Shown here: piece by piece, positions 43,523 through 49,270 of the stretch
Position numbering within the stretch: the stretch's first letter is position 1
Layout: every line of letters begins with the position of its first letter
Assembly (NCBI GenBank): GCA_016932615.1
Contig: JAFGCN010000017.1
Coordinates: 1 to 49,270 of the forward strand
Source of the DNA: Candidatus Aenigmatarchaeota archaeon
Lineage (GTDB): Archaea; Aenigmatarchaeota; Aenigmatarchaeia; QMZS01
Direction: 5' to 3'
Length of the DNA: 49,270 nucleotides
Made by a program: the position numbers and the translations under genes
Notes under the pieces: generated by a model
Databases searched by the model: none
Told to the model about the DNA's origin: nothing
Seen by the model: only the letters and a program-made list of their open reading frames with translations

Positions 43523-45334
43523 ATGTGCGGCATAATTGGGTACATAGGCAGAAGGGAGGCATTTTCAATCCTTATATCGGGGCTTCAGCGCATGGAGTAC
43601 CGGGGATATGACAGCTATGGCTTTTGCGTGCTTGACCGGAATGCCAATCCCCATCTATTCAGAAGGGTCGGAAAGGTTTCGGATTTGGATAAAAGTTTGC
43701 CTGTCGGAACTCATTCGGGGAATCTTGGCATTGCGCATACACGATGGGCAACCCATGGTGAGGTTACAGAGAAAAATGCCCACCCGCACACGGACTGTAA
43801 AAACAATGTTTTCGTTGTCCATAACGGGATAATTGAGAATTACAAGTATTTGAAAGATGGACTGGTCCAGGAAGGCCACAAATTTTCTTCCGATACCGAT
43901 ACAGAAGTCGTAGCACACCTTATAGAGAAGTTTTTCAGCGGAAATCTTGAAATTGCGGTAAGAAAAGCGTTAAACTGCATCAAGGGAACATATGGCTTGG
44001 CGGCAATATGCCGGCAGGACCCAGGCAAGATTGTTGCAGCGCGCTGCGGAAGCCCCTTGCTGATAGGTATCGGGGAAAAAGAGCTCCTTGTTGCCTCTGA
44101 CCCTGCTGCAGTGATTGCCCATACAAGGAAAGTAATCTATCTTAATGAGGGCGAAATGTCAATTCTTACTCCGGAAAGCCACTTCATATTTACCGAGAGG
44201 CCTTTTCGGGAGATAGAGTGGAAACTGGCAGATGTGGAGAGGGGCGTCCATCCACATTATCTGCTAAAGGAGATACTGGAGCAGCCGGAGAGTATCAAAA
44301 ACTGCCTTAGAGGCCGGCTTATGCCAGAAGAAGGCAGAGCCCAGCTTGGAGGCCTGAAAAATTTTGAGGAGCGTCTGAAGGAAATTGAGAGGATTTATGT
44401 TGTGGCATGCGGCACCGCAAGGCATGCAGGGCTTATTGCAGAGCTGATGTTTGAAGAATATGCTGGCATTACGACCAAGGTGGATGTTTCTTCCGAGTTC
44501 AGGTACCGCAAGTCGACTATAGACCGAAAGTCCGCTATGCTTGCAATCTCCCAGTCGGGAGAAACTGCGGATACGCTTGCTGCAATAAGGGATGCAAAGG
44601 CAAAGGGGATTCTGACACTAGGCATTACAAATGTAATTGATTCGACCCAGGCAAGGGAAACCGATGCAGGGCTCTACACTCATGCCGGGCCCGAGATAAG
44701 CGTCGCTTCCACAAAGGCCTTTACGACGCAGCTGGCGGTTCTTTCACTGATGACCCTTTACCTTGGGAGGCAGAGGGGGCTTTCACGTGAAGATGGGAGG
44801 AAAATTACCCTGGAACTGGAGAAGATTCCGCAGCTTGTGCAGCAAACAATCAACAATTGCTCTTCTATGAGGGTACTTGCAGAGAAATACAAGGGCTTTG
44901 AGAATTATCTCTATCTTGGCAGGAAATATAGCTATCCAGTTGCAAGGGAAGGCGCCCACAAGATTAAGGAAACAGCATATGTGCATGCCGAGGGATGCCG
45001 GGGCGGAGAACCAAAGCACTGCGAGTTGGCTCTTGTGTCCGAAAAGTTTCCCTGTGTCTGCGTTGTCCCAAGCGACAGCGTGTATCGGAAGATGATTTCC
45101 AATATGGAGGAAGTAAAGGCCAGAAAGGGAAGGATTCTTGCCATAGCGACGGAAGGAAACAATGAAATAAAGACTATCGCTGATGATGTCCTATATATAC
45201 CAAAGACAATTGAGATGCTGACCCCCATCCTTAGCACGATTCCCCTGCAGCTATTTTCATATTATGCCGGGGTCGCGCGGGGCTGCGAGATAGATAAGCC
45301 CAAAAATCTGGCAAAGTCAGTGACTGTAGAATGA
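43523..45334 (+). CDS. glmS: Glutamine--fructose-6-phosphate aminotransferase (isomerising), GlmS
   Basis: N-terminal MCGIIGYIG (the catalytic Cys of Ntn-type glutaminases) and two SIS domains (SQSGETADT; the C-terminal ...KPKNLAKSVTVE pattern). 603 aa. Confidence 0.95.
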   Translation: MCGIIGYIGRREAFSILISGLQRMEYRGYDSYGFCVLDRNANPHLFRRVGKVSDLDKSLPVGTHSGNLGIAHTRWATHGEVTEKNAHPHTDCKNNVFVVHNGIIENYKYLKDGLVQEGHKFSSDTDTEVVAHLIEKFFSGNLEIAVRKALNCIKGTYGLAAICRQDPGKIVAARCGSPLLIGIGEKELLVASDPAAVIAHTRKVIYLNEGEMSILTPESHFIFTERPFREIEWKLADVERGVHPHYLLKEILEQPESIKNCLRGRLMPEEGRAQLGGLKNFEERLKEIERIYVVACGTARHAGLIAELMFEEYAGITTKVDVSSEFRYRKSTIDRKSAMLAISQSGETADTLAAIRDAKAKGILTLGITNVIDSTQARETDAGLYTHAGPEISVASTKAFTTQLAVLSLMTLYLGRQRGLSREDGRKITLELEKIPQLVQQTINNCSSMRVLAEKYKGFENYLYLGRKYSYPVAREGAHKIKETAYVHAEGCRGGEPKHCELALVSEKFPCVCVVPSDSVYRKMISNMEEVKARKGRILAIATEGNNEIKTIADDVLYIPKTIEMLTPILSTIPLQLFSYYAGVARGCEIDKPKNLAKSVTVE

Positions 45335-45431
45335 TTTACTGCAACTTACCCCCCAAAGCACTCATTCTAGCTGCACAAAACCCCCTTTCACCGTAAATTC
45401 CTTATTTATATTTTAGAAGGGTAGTATAGGT

Positions 45432-46703
45432 ATGGCATCAAACAAGACACATGTGAATCTAGTAACGATAGGTCACGTCGACCACGGAAAGAGTACATCT
45501 GTAGGACGGCTCCTTTTCGACAGCGGCGCTGTTAGAGAGGAGACCATGAGAAAGCTAAAGGATGAGGCAAAAGAAAAGAAAAAGGAAACCTTTGAATTTG
45601 CTTTCGTAATGGACAGCTTGAAGGAAGAGCGAGAAAGGGGCGTAACGATAGACGTAGCATTCAAGAGTTTTGAGACTCCAAAATACTACTTCACTATTAT
45701 CGACGCACCTGGCCACAGGGACTTTGTTAAGAACATGATTGTCGGTACTTCTCAGGCAGATGTAGCCATCTTGGTTGTTTCTGCAAGGGAAGGAATCCAG
45801 GACCAGACCAAGGAGCACGCGTTCCTTGCAAAGATTCTTGGAATCAACCAGGTAATCGTGTCAATTAACAAGATGGACGCTGTGGAGTACAAGCAGGACC
45901 GATTCAATGAAATCAAGGGACAGGTTGAGAAGCTTCTTACTGGCGCAGGATTCAAGCCAGACACAGTTAAATACATTCCTGCTTCCGCATACGTTGGAGA
46001 CAACATAGCAAAGAAGAGCACCAACATGCCTTGGTACACCGGACCTACAATATTGGAGGCCTTGGACCAGATTACCCCACCTCAGAGACCTACGGACAAG
46101 CCGCTTCGGCTTCCAGTTCAGGATGTTTATTCCATTACTGGTGTCGGTACGGTTCCAGTAGGCAGGGTTGAGACAGGCACTGTCAAGCCAAACCAAGCGG
46201 TACTCATAATGCCTGGAGGCGTTAAGGCAGAGATTAAGTCCATCGAGATGCACCACCAAGCCCTTACAGAGGCGAAGGCGGGTGATAACATTGGATTTAA
46301 CCTCAGGGGAGTCGGCAAAAATGACATCAAGAAAGGTGACGTTCTTTGTGACCCTAACAGCCCGGCAACAGTTGCAGAGGAGTTCACGGCGCAGATTATT
46401 GTCCTGAACCACCCCACTGTGATTGCGGCAGGTTACACCCCGGTGTTCCACGTGCACACCGCCCAGGTTACCTGCACAATTACCGAGATTGTCAAGAAGA
46501 TGGACCCCAAGACAGGTCAGACCGTTGCTGAACATCCAGACTACATAAAGACTGGTGACGCTGCAATCATCAAGGTAAAGCCAACAAAGCCCATGGTAAT
46601 TGAGACGCAGAGCACATACCCTCAGCTTGCAAGATTTGCACTGAGAGATATGGGTCAGACCGTTGCTGCAGGCATCTGCATAGATGTTGTACCTAAGAAG
46701 TAA
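45432..46703 (+). CDS. tuf: Translation elongation factor 1-alpha (aEF-1alpha / EF-Tu family)
   Basis: G1 [10 protein letters not shown]3 DAPGH, G4 NKMD, and domains II/III with the conserved ...GRVETG... and C-terminal ...[14 protein letters not shown]. Confidence 0.95.
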   Translation: MASNKTHVNLVTIGHVDHGKSTSVGRLLFDSGAVREETMRKLKDEAKEKKKETFEFAFVMDSLKEERERGVTIDVAFKSFETPKYYFTIIDAPGHRDFVKNMIVGTSQADVAILVVSAREGIQDQTKEHAFLAKILGINQVIVSINKMDAVEYKQDRFNEIKGQVEKLLTGAGFKPDTVKYIPASAYVGDNIAKKSTNMPWYTGPTILEALDQITPPQRPTDKPLRLPVQDVYSITGVGTVPVGRVETGTVKPNQAVLIMPGGVKAEIKSIEMHHQALTEAKAGDNIGFNLRGVGKNDIKKGDVLCDPNSPATVAEEFTAQIIVLNHPTVIAAGYTPVFHVHTAQVTCTITEIVKKMDPKTGQTVAEHPDYIKTGDAAIIKVKPTKPMVIETQSTYPQLARFALRDMGQTVAAGICIDVVPKK

Positions 46704-46714
46704 TTTTGAACTGT

Positions 46715-46740
46715 TTTTTCTATTTTAATGTTTCTATCCA
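46715..46740 (+). terminator. T-rich putative transcription terminator downstream of tuf
   Basis: ctgttttttctattttaatgtttc: oligo-T tracts of the kind used as archaeal termination signals, 12-35 nt after the tuf stop. Confidence 0.3.
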
Positions 46741-46801
46741 GATTATCGACTATCGTTTTAGATTTCACCAAGAGATTTATTATTTTTCTTTATGAAAAAG
46801 T

Positions 46802-46981
46802 ATGTTCCTGACATTTAGGGAAGGGCATTGTCCCGTTTGCGGGATAATGGGAGAAAAGGACGGACACTACCTAAGGTGCATAAACTGCGAAACGCTCTTT
46901 TCGAAGTTCGGAATACTTCAGGAACCATTTGAAGGTTCACTCCCCTTTGAGGAGTTCGATGAAATCTTCCAGGACAACTAA
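46802..46981 (+). CDS. Small zinc-ribbon protein (59 aa; below the ORF-track cutoff)
   Basis: Manual translation gives MFLTFREGHCPVCGIMGEKDGHYLRCINCETLFSKFGILQEPFEGSLPFEEFDEIFQDN, with CPVCG...CINCE forming a C4 zinc ribbon. Confidence 0.35.
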   Translation: MFLTFREGHCPVCGIMGEKDGHYLRCINCETLFSKFGILQEPFEGSLPFEEFDEIFQDN

Positions 46982-47073
46982 TGGCGAAAAACGGCTCTCT
47001 TTGAACGGCAAAGGAAGCTTACAGAGGGGTACTTATGCTCAATTTGTTTTTATTTATTAGGAGATTTACTGTT

Positions 47074-47571
47074 ATGGGATTTGGCTTTTTGAGTAAAAAG
47101 CGCGATAAAAAACAAGATTATGCCTCCGGTTGGTTGATTTGCCTGACTGTGGTTTTGCTGCTTTTTATTGTCTGGACAGTGAGTAGCGTCTATGAGATTG
47201 GCCAGTCTGTCAGTTGGCTGGGCAGTGAAGCGTCCTCTGGGTTTGAAATGGCAGAGTTTGAGCGGGGCTGCGAAATTCTTTCGGAAGTTTACGGGTGCAG
47301 CGAGGAGGCAGTATCGCGGGTAGAGCCCTCCTACTCCGGGCAGCATACGTTTGGGCCATTAGACAACTGGAATTTTCTTAATGTTTGCAAAGGGTACCTT
47401 AACAACCCGCTTGCTACTCCAAAAGACTGCATAAATGCCTGCTGGAGGTGTTCTGGCATTGCGCCCGGAAGCAGCTGCGTTACAGATGAAGACTGCTACC
47501 TTTTGCTTGGAGACACGTCACGATGTGTCTTGTTGGAATCTGGCTCTGGCCTATGTACCTATAAGGAATAA
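47074..47571 (+). CDS. Small Cys-rich protein with an N-terminal signal anchor (start at MGFGFL; the track ORF starts at 47035)
   Basis: MGFGFLSKKRDKKQDYASGWLICLTVVLLLFIVW gives a basic stretch plus a TM helix. The ectodomain has about 10 Cys (CKGY...CINACWRCSG...CVTDEDCY...CVLLESGSGLC). Confidence 0.4.
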   Translation: MGFGFLSKKRDKKQDYASGWLICLTVVLLLFIVWTVSSVYEIGQSVSWLGSEASSGFEMAEFERGCEILSEVYGCSEEAVSRVEPSYSGQHTFGPLDNWNFLNVCKGYLNNPLATPKDCINACWRCSGIAPGSSCVTDEDCYLLLGDTSRCVLLESGSGLCTYKE

Positions 47572-47592
47572 GGTGGGGCGGATTATAAAACA

Positions 47593-48579
47593 TTAAGCAT
47601 AAACCCCCGCAAGCTTTTTGCCGCATTTTTTGCATGCTTTTGGGGGCGGAGTAATTTTATATCCTGACCTGGAAACCATAAGCTCGCCGCAGGAAGCGCA
47701 GAGAGTATCTCTGCTAAGGTCTTCAGGAATATTTCCCAGGTAGACGTGGTCCAGGTTTTTCTTTGCAACCTTATGCAGTTTTTTGAGTGTTTCAAGGGGC
47801 GTTGGAGGAACGTCAGTCATCAGGTACATCGGGAAAAATCTGGAGATGTGGAGGGGCGTTTCTCTTCCAAGATTTTCGCTTACCCATTCTGTAATTTCAC
47901 CCATCCATTTTTCAGAGTCATTGTGGCCAGGGATTATAAGCATAGTTATTTCAATCCAGACCTTTCGCTTTTTGTATTCCTTAAGGGCTGATAGGACTGG
48001 TTTCAAGGAGGCAAGGCAGAGTGAGCTGTAGACCTTCTCGTCCCCTTTTATGTCCACGTTTACTGCATCAAGGTACTTGGACATTTTTGCAATTGGCTCC
48101 TTTTGGGTATATCCATTTGAGACCCAGACGTTTTTGAGCCCCTGCCTTTTTGCAAGCTTCATCACATCAAGGGCGTACTCGTAGAATACGGTTGGCTCGG
48201 TGTAGGTATAGGCAATGGACTGGCAGTTGTTTTTCCTTGCTGCCTCAACCACTTCTTTTGGCCCAGTATTTTTTCCAAATATCTCTTTGGGTTTTGAGAT
48301 GTCGAAATTCTGGCAGAACTTGCAGGCCAGGTTACATCCCACGGTTGCAATTGACAGGGCTCTTGTTCCTGGCAGGAAGTGGTAGAATGGCTTTTTCTCG
48401 ATAGGGTCTACTGCAATTGAGCATAGCTTTCCATAGACAAGCGAAAACAGCTTTCCTTCAATGTTCTTTCTTACGGAGCAGAATCCTGCCTTTCCTTCGC
48501 CGATAAGGCAACTTCTTGCACAAAGCTGGCAGCGGACCTTTTTTTCGGGAAGCTTTTCGTAAAATAGGGCTTCTTTCAT
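47593..48579 (-). CDS. Radical SAM enzyme of the AmmeMemoRadiSam system (AmrS-like; PflA-type activase fold)
   Basis: CNLACKFCQN gives the CxxxCxxC radical SAM cluster motif. N-terminal CQLCARSC...C and C-terminal CASCG...CKKCG are additional Cys clusters typical of AmrS. 328 aa. Confidence 0.7.
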   Translation of the reverse strand: MKEALFYEKLPEKKVRCQLCARSCLIGEGKAGFCSVRKNIEGKLFSLVYGKLCSIAVDPIEKKPFYHFLPGTRALSIATVGCNLACKFCQNFDISKPKEIFGKNTGPKEVVEAARKNNCQSIAYTYTEPTVFYEYALDVMKLAKRQGLKNVWVSNGYTQKEPIAKMSKYLDAVNVDIKGDEKVYSSLCLASLKPVLSALKEYKKRKVWIEITMLIIPGHNDSEKWMGEITEWVSENLGRETPLHISRFFPMYLMTDVPPTPLETLKKLHKVAKKNLDHVYLGNIPEDLSRDTLCASCGELMVSRSGYKITPPPKACKKCGKKLAGVYA

Positions 48580-48598
48580 AAGATATATAGATTATATT

Positions 48599-49270
48599 AT
48601 GAACTGCTGTTGCAGAGTTTCCAATATCCAAAAATATTCTTTGCTGTTCCTGCTGGCTATTTTTGGCTTGGCGCTTGTATTTGGCGAAAGCATTCTGCTG
48701 GACTTTGTCTACCCGACCGAGCAGAATGCAAGCTCCATAAACCACCCATGGTTTGAGATTAACACAACGATAGACACGGGCAACTTTAGCGAATTTATCC
48801 TTAACTGGAATGGGAGCAACACTAGCTACACCAACGCTTCCCCAGAAATAAGCTCTTACAACTCCAGCAGGTATTTGTTCTACAAGAACATATCTGGCCT
48901 GTCTGAGGGCACATACACATATTATGCTTGGGCTAATGACACGGACAATAACCTTACTCAAACAGATGAGCGAATAGTTACCATTGACCTTACAGCGCCC
49001 ACCTTAACAAACCTCGCTCTAAACGACACCTCACCCTTAGCCGCAGGAAACGTAACCTTCACACTTGACTTCTCCGAAGAGATGAACGTTTCAGTCAGCC
49101 CAATCGTCAAAATACAGAACACCTCCGAGTACACAATAACCGCAACCGGCTGGTCAAACTCAACCAGATGGGTTGGCTGGTATAACTTCACAATCTCCAC
49201 CGGTGACGGAAACTACACAATCAACGTGACCGGCGCAGAAGACTTGGCAGGAAACTTGATGGTGCCTGAC
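48599..49270 (+). CDS. Secreted N-glycosylation-sequon-rich protein. The 3' end runs off the window, so it is absent from the ORF track.
   Basis: Manual translation from ATG 48599 reads through to the window end without a stop: MNCCCRVSNIQKYSLLFLLAIFGLALVFGESILLDFVYPTEQNASSINHPWFEINTTIDTGNFSEFILNWNGSNTSYTNAS... This is a signal peptide followed by a dense run of N-x-S/T sequons. It displaces the two minus-strand track ORFs 48458-48961 and 48958-49200. Confidence 0.5.
   Translation, partial: MNCCCRVSNIQKYSLLFLLAIFGLALVFGESILLDFVYPTEQNASSINHPWFEINTTIDTGNFSEFILNWNGSNTSYTNASPEISSYNSSRYLFYKNISGLSEGTYTYYAWANDTDNNLTQTDERIVTIDLTAPTLTNLALNDTSPLAAGNVTFTLDFSEEMNVSVSPIVKIQNTSEYTITATGWSNSTRWVGWYNFTISTGDGNYTINVTGAEDLAGNLMVPD

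Noticed and set aside
45432-46703. Expected archaeal str-operon context (rps12-rps7-fusA-tuf-rps10) around EF-1alpha
   Set aside because: tuf here is flanked by glmS and a small zinc-ribbon ORF instead. This cannot be judged as unusual without the rest of the genome, so it is not raised as a finding.
48458-49200. Minus-strand track ORFs 48458-48961 and 48958-49200
   Set aside because: A plus-strand ORF starting at 48599 with a signal peptide and glycoprotein-like composition reads uninterrupted to the window end and is far more protein-like. The minus ORFs are antisense shadows.
1-49270. Search for CRISPR arrays, rRNA genes, IS elements or transposases
   Set aside because: No short direct repeats with regular spacing, no rRNA-like conserved stretches and no transposase-like ORFs (DDE, HTH plus RNase-H-like) were recognisable. 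None reported.

Overview
This window reads as an archaeal chromosomal segment, roughly 48-50% GC, with archaeal-type housekeeping genes and two large cell-surface gene blocks.

Housekeeping genes:
- aEF-1alpha, GlmS, flap endonuclease FEN-1 and archaeal ThrRS (with its N-terminal editing domain)
- the ribosomal pair S28e-L24e
- SepCysS, a beta-CASP RNase, ScpA, a PorA-like 2-oxoacid:ferredoxin oxidoreductase alpha subunit, an NcsA/TtuA-type tRNA thiolase and an AmrS-like radical SAM enzyme

Surface gene block 1 (915-7262): an operon of five translationally coupled genes whose N-termini all look like archaeal class III (type IV pilin) signal peptides. It includes a 1290-aa protein whose von Willebrand A (vWA) domain is split by a large insertion. 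A canonical pilin gene (KGQ|VSLEYL) sits convergent at 7409-7837.

Surface gene block 2 (28848-39373): a 3207-aa secreted giant protein followed by a small cysteine-rich protein with a C-terminal membrane anchor. The giant carries Myxococcales-type Cys-rich repeats, a vWA domain, about 11 tandem ~115-aa Ig-like repeats, a probable beta-propeller and MopE-like Cys/Asp repeats.

Other notable features:
- Four tRNA genes lie within 4 kb. One has two introns, one has about 100 nt of intervening sequence plus a nearby degenerate partial copy, and one lacks a recognisable 5' acceptor strand. tRNA-Phe has a canonical 41-nt intron.
- A compositionally distinct islet (22266-24664), about 38-40% GC by eye, carries an SRPBCC protein and a DUF2075 nuclease-ATPase typical of defence loci.
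- A HerA/DUF87-like ATPase has an acidic linker and a C-terminal membrane anchor.
- Two tandem paralogous membrane proteins sit upstream of it; one ends in a histone-H1-like lysine-rich tail.

No CRISPR array, rRNA gene or obvious transposase was found. Every functional assignment below rests on motif recognition by eye, not on database searches.
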